A DNA stretch of 63,276 bases, the filler included, from Octopus bimaculoides (lineage: Eukaryota), in the NCBI RefSeq assembly GCF_001194135.2. It is 7 parts of 5 records of this genome, joined end to end, with 100 filler letters (N's around TTAATTAATTAA, not from the genome) between each part and the next. Parts side by side here need not be neighbours in the genome. Positions count along the whole stretch, not along the records: positions 46,101 to 61,502 come from NC_068981.1; positions 61,603 to 63,276 come from NC_068988.1; 5 more parts are not named here. One strand, written 5' to 3'. A program made the translations under genes and the position numbers. Below the pieces are notes generated by a model. It saw nothing but the letters and a program-made list of their open reading frames with translations. It was not told the origin of the DNA and ran no database searches. Numbering within the stretch: position 1 is the first letter of the stretch; each line of letters starts with the position of its first letter. Below, piece by piece: positions 48,721-62,457 of the stretch.

Positions 48721-51700
48721 AATTATTGCTTACAAGCACGCAATGAAATTCTATTTTAAAGACCATCATGATTATCAATTGTCCCTAGAAACTCAATGAT
48801 GCGGTTTATCTACTTGTTATGATAATGAAGGGATTATTTGTAGGAGTTAGCGTGATGAAATGCTTCAGCAGAGTAATGATAAACAATGATACAAAAACAA
48901 AACATAGCGATGACAGCAATGTCAAGGCGGAAACATCGGCCTACTTTCCTAGCAACAAAATTGAGTCTTGCTCTGTCAACTGAGTGAAAACATTTTAAGA
49001 GAGCAGCTGATATATTTGGAAGCTTTTAACCCATTCAGGACTTGTATACATCGTCAGTGGCTACATCACAGAATTTTTGTGTATGCCTTTTTGAGTCTTA
49101 AGAGAAAATGTAGGAAGACATTGATTCGTGAACAACAGAACAGGCAGGAAATAATAAATTCATAACTACTCTTATAAATAAAGACGGTGTAGGTAAAAAT
49201 CAATATAACATTTGGAGATAAAGAAACGTAATTCTGAGGAGGGGGCTAAATTGAGTTGCAACGAGTGTAGCTTTAGCATCACTTGGGTTCCAGATTCTCA
49301 TGCACAAGACAACATCTTATTCAAGTATAGTTTACAACAGCTTCACCATTTGACCAATAGTTTTTGTGCATTTCAAAAGATAGCCCGTATGGATGACTGA
49401 TATGCATATATATATATATATACACACACATAGATGTTTACAGAGTGAAGGAGAAGCGAGTGAGAAAGATGCATACATACATGCATTCATACGTATACAT
49501 ACATACATTTGCATATATCGACATATATGAATATATGTATGTACGCATGTATATATGCACTTTTAGTACAGATGTTAATATGCGAGAATTGTTTAAAATA
49601 AAATGAATCTAGTTACATTGTTTCACACCTTGTGCTAAAGGATTATTCTACTGCTCTAAGAAATTCCACACATTCCGACACACATATAGAGATATATGAC
49701 ATATATCATCTAACATATAAGGATGATAGCTAAATGCAGACTATCGAGTGGTTACGAACTTTTCAATAATATTCATACAATATATATATACTCTCACGCA
49801 ATATATTAAATGATATCTGCATTTGCTATCTTATATATATCCTTTTAGGTATTATTAACGACTATGAGAGAAAATCAGAAGAAATATAACTATAAATTAT
49901 AAATGTCTGTCGCAGTATATGTGTATATCCGTGTGTATGTGTGTATTCATGTGTGCGTGAGATAGAGATAGAGAGAGAAAGAGGGAGAGACAGAGGAGAG
50001 AGGGGGTATAGAGACGGGAGAGAGGGGAAAAATAGGAGAGAGATAGAATGACAGAGGGGAGAGTGACAGAGGGGAGAGTGAAAGTGAGAGACAGAGAGAC
50101 AGAGAGTATGCCAGGCCCATTGAAAGTGAATCCTAACCATTCAGTATATCAATGGTCTCTGTGTCCATTAAATACATATTAGTAGTTATACTTCATTTGT
50201 ATTAATGCAATTTCTCATGCATATGTGTATATCTGTGCACATGTGTACTCTAGTGCCTCTATGTGCAGGTATATGTGTATTACGTGCATGCAGTGACTTC
50301 TGATTTAATATTTATGTATAACATAGTAAATAGTTACCAATTTAAATCGAGAACTGTTGCTCCGAGATAGATTTCATGTTCAATAAAATACAGCTTCAAA
50401 ATCCAAATCCCATTATATAATTCATTTCTCATATGGTGGGTCAAGTGGAATCCACAACGATTATCACCAACTATTCACATCGATAATGGAAAAGAATCAT
50501 ATCGTCTTTAAATAAGAATTATTATTTAAATAAGAGAGGACAATTTGGTTTTCTTGAAATTAAGATTAATAGTGTGACAAGAACCATTTCTATTTCCCTT
50601 TTACTTGAAATAATCTCACTCGAAATAGGCATACTTTGAAGAGATTTCATGCATACATTGCATGTAACGTTTCCAACAGTTAATTTAAAAAGAAACATCT
50701 ATGTAAAATAATAGTGATAATTATTACCTCTAATTGAAAATAACATTTGCAATAAATGAATATATGAATAAATAAAGTATGAAGTGAAATGAAAAGCAAA
50801 AGAATGTTAAAGTCACTTAGTTAAGAGGGGAAGGCAGTGCCCATGACTCGTTACAGAGTTTCCGAGACTATTGAAAATTATGGCGGAAGGTATACTCAAA
50901 CAAAATGCTGGCACAAATGTTTGCAACAGAGTGGAGTCCGTTAAAAGGTATCCGAAGTTCCAGGTGATGCTGTTAAACTGTTAAAATGGTCACGTTTACC
51001 ACCCAACTAGGTAATGACTCGATCTGAACCCAGATTTCAAAAGAGCCGGAAAAACTACAAGTCGTCTTCACCGCTTTGGATCGGATGGTTTTATTGGCTA
51101 CGAAAGAATGACAGATAAAAAGGTAGGAACACGCTAAAAGAAGGATTTGTATCTTCAGGTAATAATAAAGTCACAAGTTCAATGTTTCCATAGAAATAGC
51201 TCCCATACACCAAAGATATTTGATTTATACCACAAACAGTGATAAAAAGAAGAGGCATACAATTTTCCAGTTCATAAATGCAAATAAGAAAATTAAAGAA
51301 GAGAACAATATAAAGGAAAAACACAGCAAATATCTAATTATTTCCTAATTTTCAACAGGCAAAATGAAATTATATCAGTGACTACATCGCAGAAGTACAT
51401 AGAAAGCATATGATACTTCATAGTAGAAATATACATGAACTTTCTCGTCGCTTCGCCGAAGTAGGATTCAGCAAGACACAGCTAGCTGTGCGGAAAACGA
51501 CCATCACTCTATGACTGCCTACGTACAGAGTCGAATCTGAAGTCTTCCAATACCATCCTCTACATGTCTCTGTCATCTGTTTATATATCACCACCGGACT
51601 TTTCACGAAAGTGTGATGGTGTTGGTACCATCATCAAGGTTAGATGAGCAACTTGTATGAGGAATATTATTATAGTGGGTATGGTTTGGACAGAGCCAAT

Positions 51701-52303
51701 GCTACTCTTTCTCCCTTGTATTAGTCAGGTGCAACAAATGCTACGAGCTCAGAATACAGGGATTGTATGAAGTTACCTTCTCATAGATGAGGAGCAAAAT
51801 TGCCGAAAGCCTTCATCTGCATTGGGTCCACTGAGGAGACTCTGACTGACCTTCTTCAGGAGACAATTTCAGTTATAGTCTCTTATAGATACTATTACAC
51901 CGGGTCAGAGAAGTCCTGTGAAGAACAGTAGCTCCACACTCTGAAAAATCCTGTGGTTCTACACTCTGCAAAACCCTGAAACCCCTGAGCCTGGACCCCA
52001 CTACGTACTTTTAAGAAATTGTGAAAGTGTTTGTCTGAACGAAATGATTAAAATTATTATTCCCTCCATTCTCTTACGCATCCATACGCACAAACAAACT
52101 CACACACAAACACCACTTTCAGTATAAGCTCTTTCCTTTCCTGCAACATAACAAAATTTCCACTTATGTTGAGATCAAAGGAAATCTAACCAATATTAAT
52201 CGTAATGCACTTACTATAAGCACCCCGATGGTTTAGATAAGTTCAAATTACAGAAGTTGTTCCAAAGAAGACGGCGAAGGCCACATGTTATTGTCCAACT
52301 TAC

Positions 52304-52369
52304 CTTTAAGGCATACATCCAAAGAATAGTTGCATTGTTAACATTCACTACAACCAAAATGAAAATAGA
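52304..52369 (-). CDS. Candidate isolated internal exon (66 nt, phase 0-0): SIFILVVVNVNNATILWMYALK; gene unknown
   Basis: Strong acceptor tttcccgtttcag| and consensus donor AAG|GTAAGT; only one open frame; no partner exon identified. Confidence 0.4.
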
Positions 52370-52527
52370 CTGAAACGGGAAATTTCTAGACGTTTTCCCA
52401 GGATGATACATACAATGTCGGTTAAAGTGCACTTGAATTTACAGACGGAGATCAAAGTATTAAATACGGCAAGTGCACTGTTTCTGTCTTTAAAGATGAG
52501 ACATCAAAAGTGAATAGCAGCTGCAAC

Positions 52528-52599
<72 letters not shown>

Positions 52600-52936
52600 G
52601 GTAGTGGTGGTGGTGGTAGTGGTGGTGGTGGTGGTGGTGGTGGTGGTTTTGGTGGTGGTGGTGGTAGTAGTAGNNNNNNNNNNNNNNNNNNNNNNNNNNN
52701 NNNAGAAGAAGAAGAAGAAGAAGAAGAAGAAGAAGAAGAAGAAGAAGAAGAAGAAGAAGAAGAAGAAGAATTTGTAGTAGTGTTATTGGTACAGGGGTTG
52801 AGCTAGATGGGCATCTAGAGGAGAGGAATTCTCATATGAAACACGAACAGAAACACACGCAGGCATTCACACACACTTATGGTGTGTATATACATACATA
52901 CGTATATACATACATATACATAGATGTTTGTGTGTG

Positions 52937-52977
<41 letters not shown>

Positions 52978-53084
52978 TAGAGAGAGAGAGAGAGAGAGAG
53001 AGTTTTTGTGTGTCCGTGTATGTATATATACAGGGTGCTCCACCACAACTTTCTTTCACTCTTTCTTTTAGTTTCTGTTGTGCC

Positions 53085-53270
53085 TGTAATTCAAAGGGCC
53101 AGCCTTGTCACTCTGTGTCACGCTGAATATCCCCGAGGACTACGTTAAAGGTACACGTGTCTGTGGAGTGCTCAGCCACTTGCACGTTAATTTCACGAGC
53201 AGGCTGTTCCGTTGATCGGATCAACTGGAACCCTCGACGTCGTAAGCGACGGAGTGCCAACAACAACAAA
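53085..53270 (+). mobile_element. SINE-like 3' segment ending in a (CAA)n tail
   Basis: CpG-rich block aattcaaagggccagcc...gacggagtgccaacaacaacaa with a simple-repeat tail; family from recognition only. Confidence 0.5.
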
Positions 53271-53355
53271 TGATTAAGATCTAATCTGTTAATATATGAA
53301 TGCAAAAGAGATAGTTGAATAACTGTAAACCTACTTTTGGGCCACCCTGTATATA

Positions 53356-53406
<51 letters not shown>

Positions 53407-53993
53407 ATGTGTGTGTGTGTACAGATGAATTCATAAGTCTATTCACTATTAGCATAAACTGTCAAACACCTGTGGTCAGTTGAACTGAGCGATGGACCTC
53501 TCGTCCTCTTTATCCCTATTTATATTTCGACATCCCGCATTTTCCCCTTCCTCATTGCAGCCCTTACTTATCTCCCTAATACATTCATTAATCAACATTT
53601 CTAAATAAGTCTTCTCGTTGACTTCTACTGTTCAAGTAGTCCAGGAGAGCCTTTCTACGACTATGTTTATTTATACTGACAGTCGCTCAGACCACCTATG
53701 GCAATTGCAGACAATTACTTTATCATTATATTGTTCCTCTTTTAGAACAACGTATAATTTTGTTTTGCGTATGTGTGTATGTATGTGCGTGGTATGCCTA
53801 CACGCAAATGTGCATGGGTGCGTGCGTGTGTGTTGGAGCGTGTGCGTTTGCATGTGTGTGCGTGTTCATGTTTGTGTGTATCAAACGTTATTTACAGTAG
53901 AATAACAGTTAAAAATGTTAAGATAAACCCATATCATTTAAATAATAAAGCTTTCTGAATCACGTACACACATACACACACACNNNNNNNNNN

Positions 53994-54038
<45 letters not shown>

Positions 54039-54732
54039 ACACACCATAGCCGTTTCATTTATTTTTGTTCAATATTTCCAAAGTTAGAAGAAATTACCAC
54101 CGCTTCGTTAAATACGTTTATAAAGGGGACATTATTAGGGTTTAGCTAATATTTATAATCTGGATGATTGTGAGAAAATATCTCTCTACAGTTGTCTTCA
54201 ACTCCTGCAGTAATAATTTTACTAAGTAGAAATGCCAATAGAAATCATCACTTAGTAAACAAGAGTTTCAGGGGATAGTTGTAAAGGCAACCAGAGTGAA
54301 CTAAATATAAGGGATCATTTTGAATAATATTGGTGTTTTCAAAATTAGAGAATTAATGCAGTAAAGATGCGGTTATTATGAGAGGATATTAGAATTACCT
54401 ATGATTGTTCTCTGATCCGGAAATGCAAAAAATTAACGGCGAATATTTTTGACGTTTCTTTATTCTAAGATGTCGTTATAACGATGGTAGACTTCAGGCT
54501 TTTTTTCTTTGTTATATGTAAACAGCCAAATGAATATATAGAAATCATGAGGTGGCAAATAAGTTAGCTATACGTTTATGATTTGGGGTTTAATTCCGCT
54601 GTGCGTTTGTTGGGCAATTGCCTTCAGCTATAGCTCCGGATCAACTAACCAATTGTTTTATCGATATTTTTCACCAAGCAACTATGTTGTTTTTCGTGTC
54701 AATATTATTGAAATTGTATTCTTGTTCTATAA

Positions 54733-56393
54733 CACCGGGGAACATTTAAAAAAAAAAAATTTAGTTGTCTTACTTTTTACAATTAGTTCTACCTAATTTG
54801 ATGGTGATGGGTTCAGAAATACCACCAGAAAGTTTCTATCACGTCCACGTCTAGTTTTTTGTTAAACAGGAATTCTTTTTTTTTTTTACCAAGAAAAAAA
54901 AATGTCAATTTTGCCATTAAATGTAATACTGAAGAAACTAACACAAACCAAATAGTACTTTTTATTGTTTAGCAGACATATTACACAAAATGTTTAATTA
55001 CACATCTTAAAATAGATATTTCTGTCAAACTGGAGTTTGAATGAACTTTCTCTTTGTTGCTTTATGTGAATAAATTCCATCATGACAGTCTCTTTGCAGT
55101 GATCAGCAGCAGACAGTACCATGCTTGTGTTCCACCTGCCTTGATACTTTGTACCCATGTTCTTGATGTCTTGGTGGAATCGTTTCCCTTCGTCATCACT
55201 ATTGCCTTAGGATTTTCAAGGAAGTAGCCCAGACGACTGTGTACATTTACACTCATGTTGCGGTCCAATGCTCGAAAACTGGTTAACAGGGTCTGCACAA
55301 GATCGACATAATTTAATGGATTCCTCTTTCTCGGGAAATCAGATACAACTGCAACAAAAGAATTCCATGTTTTTTTTTCAATACTAGACATGGTCTCCAA
55401 ATATGGCTCGTCCTGCGATAGTCACCTAATATGTGGCTATCAAACACTCCAACCTTATTTTTCTCACAAGACAAAACTGGAAAATTTCTGCTTGAGTATT
55501 TGAAGCAGTTACTGTCTCAGTGTTTCAACACGTTTTGCACATTATATGGGATGCCCAAGCTTTGTCTTGTCACCCGGTTTCTTGCAAAAGTAAGTAAAAC
55601 TTTCTTCACGAATTCTGTGATTTTGTTTCACTGCCTATTCCAGAAATAAGCAGAAGTCATCGAGACTGTTTTTACATTCCCTTCTTTCACAGATGGCCAT
55701 ATTTCTGAAATAAAAAAAGGCATGTTCAAGCCAATTGTCAGTTTCAGAATAGTCAACAGTTATAAAGTAAGCAAATGCAAATTTGTATTGGCAAAGTTCC
55801 ATAAAGAGCATACATACCATGAAGTTCTTCTTACTGTTTTTTGACCATTCTTAACGAAAAATGACCTTGACCGGTGTAACCTCACAATCAAAATATTTAG
55901 GACACATTCAAAATACCAATTTTCATAAGAGAGAATTAAAAGTTCAACAAAACATGTCTCATCTAATTTGCAATGACAGTCACACTAAATTAAGCAAAGT
56001 GTGGGCATATCTGCAGATAAATTCCGTAAATATGAGACGTATGGTGTCAAGGACCACAAAAATATGTTGTTTCTTAACATTTAATTGTATAAAGGACATT
56101 TCTGTCATCATCATGGCATTTGAAACTGGTTAGGTTGAAAATACTGAAACTTGCTCAAGTTTGATACCTTTTATTTACTAAGAGTACTTAAATCATAACT
56201 ATTGTCTTCAGTTTTGTAGTTGTATTTATTTTAATTGACATTGAAAATCTATGTTTTCAAAGTTATGTCAACCTCCATACATAGGTTCGCATCCGATGAA
56301 GTCAGATCTATCCTCAGAAATGGTGACAATACCCGGAATGTTGAAAAATGGACATCAGACAACATCAGACAACAAAAACCCTGTTCCCCAGTG
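54733..56393 (-). mobile_element. Chapaev3-like DNA transposon, internally deleted, with both termini and a TAA target-site duplication
   Basis: TAA|caccggggaaca ... tgttccccagtg|TAA. N-terminal RECKNSLDDFC (Chapa-type zinc finger remnant); C-terminal HSRLGYFLEN...SDDEGKRFHQDI...YQGRW in shifted frames. Confidence 0.75.
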
Positions 56394-58139
56394 TAATACA
56401 TAAACAAACCCAAATTTTCTAGATATTTGATATTCGTTATTTAGACATGCAATAAGAACGGTCGCTATAAGGCTTTGGATATTGCTGCCGATGGTCAAAG
56501 CGTATGTATATATGGATAGATGTCCGTTCCTTTACGCACATTAGCCAATATTACTAAAAAGTATCATATTTCAAACAACTGTCTACTCTTCAAACAACAT
56601 ATCGGAATGCAGTTTGTAAAGTTGGTTGCTGCTAGACTAAAATTGTTCGCTACTGTAAGGCATTTTCATGGGTGAGAGTTCCCTGTGAACAGATATTATT
56701 CTGTATGTAAGCACTAAAATATTTCTCCCTATTCTACGAACATTCAACAAAGAAAAGATCACTTTCAATGAAGTTCTTCCGGTTTTTTATCATTTCCATC
56801 TTTAGTGAAATATCTCACCTTATAAAATGTTTGATAAGCAAAATTAAATTGAAGAAAAACTTAGGCCCTTTCGGATTGTCAATCAAAATACGCAAGTATT
56901 CAATCTAAATATAGAGAGGTTGAATATATTTGTGTAATAAAGGATGAAACTGATAATGAAAAGACGATAGAACAAAAATTAGTTAACTTAAGCATCTCGA
57001 ACTCTACTACCATTGGCGAAAGAAGTGTATTGTCATATTAAGAGACAAGCATCGATTTTTCCCCTCCTCTCCGTTAATTACATCTTATTTTCGGCTCTGT
57101 AACAACAATAATGTTTTTGTATTCTATTCCAGTGAAGTGTCAGGTTGTTGCAAAGCAAATGGTCATCATGTAGATTAGGAAGTAAGGCTTTATACATTAA
57201 ATTCTTTTTATCTTGCATATATATACATATATNNNNNNNNNNNNNNNNNNNNNNNNNNNNNNNNNNNNNNNNNNNNNNNNNNNNNNNNNNNNNNNNNNNN
57301 NNNNNNNNNNNNNNNNNNNNNNNNNNNNNNNNNNNNNNNNNNNNNNNNNNNNNNNNNNNNNNNNNNNNNNNNNNNNNNNNNNNNNNNNNNNNNNNNTATA
57401 TATATATATATATAAAACGATGCACTAAATAAAATAAAAAGGCAAATAATGATTTAGGATATAAACAGGTTGTTAGGTTTAATTGCTGCCTCTCAGCTAA
57501 TCTTTTGTTTACACAAATTTTACACTCAGTTGTAAGGGGAATGTCATCGCAATAAGCCAGATGTTTTTTACTATTGAACTGAAGTGTTAGCATCTTTAAA
57601 AATAATTGACTACTATATAGATTAGGAAAGATCAATATTGATTTTGGAACTGATATTTTTCTCCAACTCTGAGTCTTTATTCATAATTTTATTTTCCACT
57701 TGCCAATTATTTTGTGGAGGAAGCATCGTAATATTGCCTGATGTTAGTAGTGGTGGTAGGTGGAGATGACAAGTATAGAACAAGAAGAGATGCACTTATA
57801 CTATAGGAGTTGTGTCCGCTAAATTATTGAGAACACGAAGAGAAGAGAGAAACTTTTCTAGCCTTTTGCAAATACTAAAAAACAAAACGCTATGATTTCA
57901 CAACAGTATTATTGGAAAATATTATATTCACACTGGTGTATTCAGGATATCCAGTTTTTACCCGTCAAACAACCGAAAATGATACAGAAGGTCGGGCAGA
58001 TTTTATTTCCCACCATTGGTTAAGTATCGACAATCCTAAGGTACGTCGAAAAGGTGTTGCACATGATATATGTTGCTAATGAATTTATTTTTGTATGTCC
58101 AAGATAATATCTACTAACTTTCCTGAGTATATAATATCG

Positions 58140-58620
58140 GTTTCAAATTTTGGCAGTGTGTTTTAGTGACGGGTAAGTCGATTACATCGAGCCCTGGGTT
58201 CAACTGGTACTTATTTTATCGACACCATAAGGATGAAAGGCAAAGTCGACCTTGGCGGAATTTGAACTCTGAATGTCATGTCGGACGAAATGCCGCTAAG
58301 CATTTTGCTCGGCGCGCTAACTATTCTGCCAGCTCGCCGCCTTATAATATCGATTTCAAATTTTATCACAAGGCTAGTAAGATCGGTTAAGGAGTCTATC
58401 GATTACATCGACACCAGTGCTCAACTGGTACTTATTTTATCGCCTCGAAAGGATGAAAGGCAAAGTCGACGTCAGCGGAATTTGAACTCAAGTCGTAAAA
58501 TGGGACGAAATGCCACTAAGCAATTTGTCCGGCGTGCTAATCTCAAGAAAATGATATTCTTTTCTATTCCACGCACAAAGCCCGAAATTTTTGGGGAAGG
58601 GGCCAGTCGTTTAGATCGAC
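58140..58620 (-). mobile_element. Head-to-tail cluster of SINE family A (2 copies plus a fragment)
   Basis: Units start at ~58140, ~58352 and ~58577; CpGs largely retained. Confidence 0.85.
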
Positions 58621-59706
58621 ATAACTTTCTATAGCAATCATGTACAAGCTGCAACTCGAAGAATTTTATAACTGGACAGGCTAATGAAAAATTCTATGAA
58701 ATTTGACATAGTCGTGCGGCCTACCTGATGTTGATTATGAGCCAATTCTCATAGCTCGAATAAATTATCAACCGATATCTTGTGAGTAAAATTGGGTAAC
58801 GGGAAACTTTAAAGAAGCTCAACGAATGGTTTGCACCTGTAATTAAAATATAATCACTACGGTGTCATACTGTTTGTGACTAAAAGTTATTTTAAAGGAA
58901 CATGTGACTGTTGAATGTCCATTTAATAGCATGCTAATACACTCTCGAATGTCGGACATCTTCCACTAAAGTTAAAGTCTCAAGTAATCTACAAGAACAT
59001 GAAATTGAAACTTATCCTAGTTACTGTCCTTCTTATGCGAATACAATACTCTCTGAACGGAATATCAGTACTTGGAAGTTTAGCCTACACACAGTTGACG
59101 CTAATAGTCTATATTCAACTAAGTGAGGTGAAGTATTGTGATATGAAATACCATACACAACTTCCACCAATTGCTATCTTGTCGGAGATAAAAGTATAAT
59201 AAATATGTACTCTGAAAAAATATTGAGTAATCCTTCAGTTTAATGTAAAATTAAAAATTCAATTCAAATAGGTATTCGTTAGGTATATCCATGAACAAAT
59301 CAAGAAAACTGGTAATGTCTATTAGTAGAATCAAAACAGAGAGAATGGAAGAATAAATATAGTATACTATAGTGGGAAGAAGATCGAGAGGTAGATGTTT
59401 TGTATTAGATATATTAGACCTCTCCTACCCTTCTAGACAAAATGAACCACAGTAATACCATTGATTACGAATATTCTTCAACTGTTACATATGTTTAACC
59501 AATCTCTCTCCGATGGTGGCATACTCGGCTTATGGAATCCTCGCTCAACACGATGTTCCAATTGCTGGGATATTCTAGAAACAGCTGTTAGAGATATGCA
59601 AACTTTTTTTATCATATAGCTTAATTAAATGTCTTTGTCAAGTATTGCAAGTCGTTTGCCTTTTCAGTTCTCCTTTAATCTCTATCTCCCTCTCTAACTC
59701 TCTCTC

Positions 59707-59755
<49 letters not shown>

Positions 59756-60059
59756 CTCTTTCTCTTTCACTCCTTTCAGCCATGCGGCTGCGGTTATGGT
59801 GGAGTACTACAGAGAGAGAGAGAGAGAGCGAGAGACAGACAGACAAACAGACAGAAAGACAGACAGAAAGAGAGAGGGAGAGAGATGTATATATGCATCA
59901 GTACTTATACATATGTATATGTAATATGTGTATGCCTATATATATCTGTGTGTGTGTGTGTGTTTATATGTATATATGTGTATTCATGTATATATATATA
60001 TGTGTGTATATATATTTATTATACATATACATATATGTGTGTGTGTCTGCGTGTGTGTA

Positions 60060-60530
60060 TGGGGGTAAGTCAAAAATTATAATCACCATGTTCCTGTAAT
60101 TTATTACATAATTTTCGACGTCGTCTCCTTACTTTACGAAGCACTTCTTCCAGAGGTCCACAAGCTTGCTGATTCCATCGGAAAAGAGGGTTTCCAGCTG
60201 CTTGCGCTGCCATTTATACATCGCTTCCCACATTTCTTCATCCGAAGTAAATCAGTGACTGCGTAGGTGATGTTTGAGCGGTCCAAAGGGGTATTAATCG
60301 GCAGGGACGGGATATGGACTGTATGCAAGGTCTTTCAGCAACTGGAAAACCAAATTTTCAATTGCTTCAATAGTGTGAATGGTTGTACGTGGGCGTGAAG
60401 TTTGAAGCAACCACAACGCTTGATCGGAGAACAGAATTCAGCGTTTGGTGCGAACTGCTGATTTCTATTTGTTGGACAGCATTTCATTGCTTCATTGATA
60501 GTGTACCCCTTTTGCAGCGATCTACCGTCT
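60060..60530 (-). mobile_element. Mariner relic, 3' half with TIR
   Basis: Minus-strand remnants: L.KGYTINEA, ARPH-like, P.GPLKHHLR, FTSDEEM, DGISKLVDLWKKC; terminal TA|tgggggtaagtcaaaa. Confidence 0.75.
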
Positions 60531-61300
60531 TAACCTGGGGACACAACGTGGATGACTTAAGGCATGCACGCACTTCATCAGCCCGGCTCCCTTTAGGGAT
60601 GACAGGAATGGTTTGCCGGAAATCTCCTGAAAGCAATAGAGTTACACCACCCATAGAAGGTGTAGAATCCCTGATACCTTTCAGTGACCGGTCCAGTGCT
60701 TCTAGGGCACCCTTAGTGGTCATTGTGCATTCGTCCCATAATATGAGACAGCACTGTCTAAGAACTTCAGCTTCCTCTGAATTTTTGCCAATGTTGCAAG
60801 TAGGAACCTCGGCCCTCACCAAATCTAAAGGCAGCTGGAATGCTGAGTGCACAGTCCTACCTCGTGGCAATAACGTAGCAGCGATTCCCGAGGAAGCTAC
60901 GGCTAGCGCAATTTGTTTCTCGCGACGAATCTTAGCAAGTATTAATTGTGTTACAAAGGATTTGCCGGTACCTCCAGGAAAAAAATTCTGCCCACCTGTT
61001 TTTCAACCGTACTGACGACAGTTTCGTACACCACCCTCTGATAAGGGAGCAATTTCGATTCATTTACTCTCAGGTACTCCGCAAGGCCATCAGCGTCATA
61101 CGACAACTCCAGAAGTAACTTTGGTGGGAGTGTGTTAACGTCCTGTTGCAATGAGGATGGCAAAACGAATGTGTTCAACACCGCCCCACCCATTTTGAGC
61201 AGGACATCCTCGATTTCAATCAGCGCATTATTGTAGATCAGGTCATTGTATCCAATGTCAGCATTAGGACACTGTTTCTTTGCCAGTCTTCATTTGCCTT
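60531..61300 (-). mobile_element. Helitron Rep/Hel fragment (PIF1-type helicase motifs I-III)
   Basis: GGTGKSFV...AVASSGIAATLLPRGRTVHSAFQLP...LILWDECTM...GGVTLLLSGDFRQTIPVIPKG. Confidence 0.9.
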
Positions 61301-61602
61301 GACCACCAAGAAAGCAAAATTACGGACAGAGAATTTCATAAACAGGAATAAATGGGAAAATGGTTGGTAAATTTTTAGATTAACACTCGCACGATTTTCA
61401 CTAAGAAAAAAAAATCGGATTTTTTGTGTGGAATCAACTACCCTGGCCCCCTAATATGCTACAAAACCCGTTTTGTGGGCCGAAATACGGAGTGGAGTGT
61501 GGNNNNNNNNNNNNNNNNNNNNNNNNNNNNNNNNNNNNNNNNNNNNTTAATTAATTAANNNNNNNNNNNNNNNNNNNNNNNNNNNNNNNNNNNNNNNNNN
61601 NN

Positions 61603-61670
<68 letters not shown>

Positions 61671-61977
61671 CATATACACATTCATACAAAAAGAAGTATA
61701 CACACACTCACACACGCATACACACACACACACGCACACACGCAAATATCTATTGCTGTACATCTGTTATACGAGTTGCCAGACAGTATAATTCAGGCCT
61801 GAATCATGGCACGTGTAATTCTGAATCTGTATGGGAGCTTACTCGTCAAAAGTTGGAGGTGGTGGGTTTTGTACCACGTGACGTTCAGTCTAACTGACTA
61901 ACCAATAAGACAATTTAAATTCAGGTGTTCACTTCATTGCTATGATCATTAGCAGTAACTTCTACACATACTCACTG

Positions 61978-62018
<41 letters not shown>

Positions 62019-62388
62019 CATACACACACACACACAAACACACAAATGCACACACATACAAATACACATCACACATACGCACACGCAAGCACGTTCGTAT
62101 CTGCAATGCTGCAGTTTCCATAAGATATTGCCAAAAAAACTGTAGCACCGAATGCATTTCACTTCATACTTGATATCAATTAATTATATAATTATTAAAT
62201 TGTTTATAAATAAATTAATGGTGTAACACTTAATTACATATTTAATTCATTGCTAACAAAACTGAACTAGAATGATGTGAAAATAGTCACATTATACAAT
62301 TTCTTTCAACACATTTCGCACCACGCTTTTTCGTGAAGAACAGACACACAGATGCGCGCGATCGCATAAACACACACACACACACACG

Positions 62389-62457
<69 letters not shown>

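Noticed and set aside
49725-49830. ~20-bp inverted repeat (gatagctaaatgcagactatc / gatatctgcatttgctatc)
   Set aside because: Too short and degenerate to call an element.
51783-51815. Hammerhead-like word gatgaggagcaaaattgccgaaagcc
   Set aside because: The CUGAUGA core is incomplete, stem II is imperfect and stem I does not pair.
52510-52806. Ser/Gly/Glu-rich ORF
   Set aside because: Compound (AGT)n(GGT)n(GAA)n microsatellite spanning a gap.
53031-53349. Possible Tc1-type MITE ends (TA-cagggtg ... caccctg-TA) around the SINE-like block
   Set aside because: Only about 7 bp of inverted match, so the two ends cannot be shown to belong to one element.
57078-57635. 185-aa minus-strand ORF with Cys-containing and Ig-like words
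   Set aside because: It is joined across an N gap, the Y-x-C-x-A-x-N spacing does not fit, and there are no convincing donor sites.
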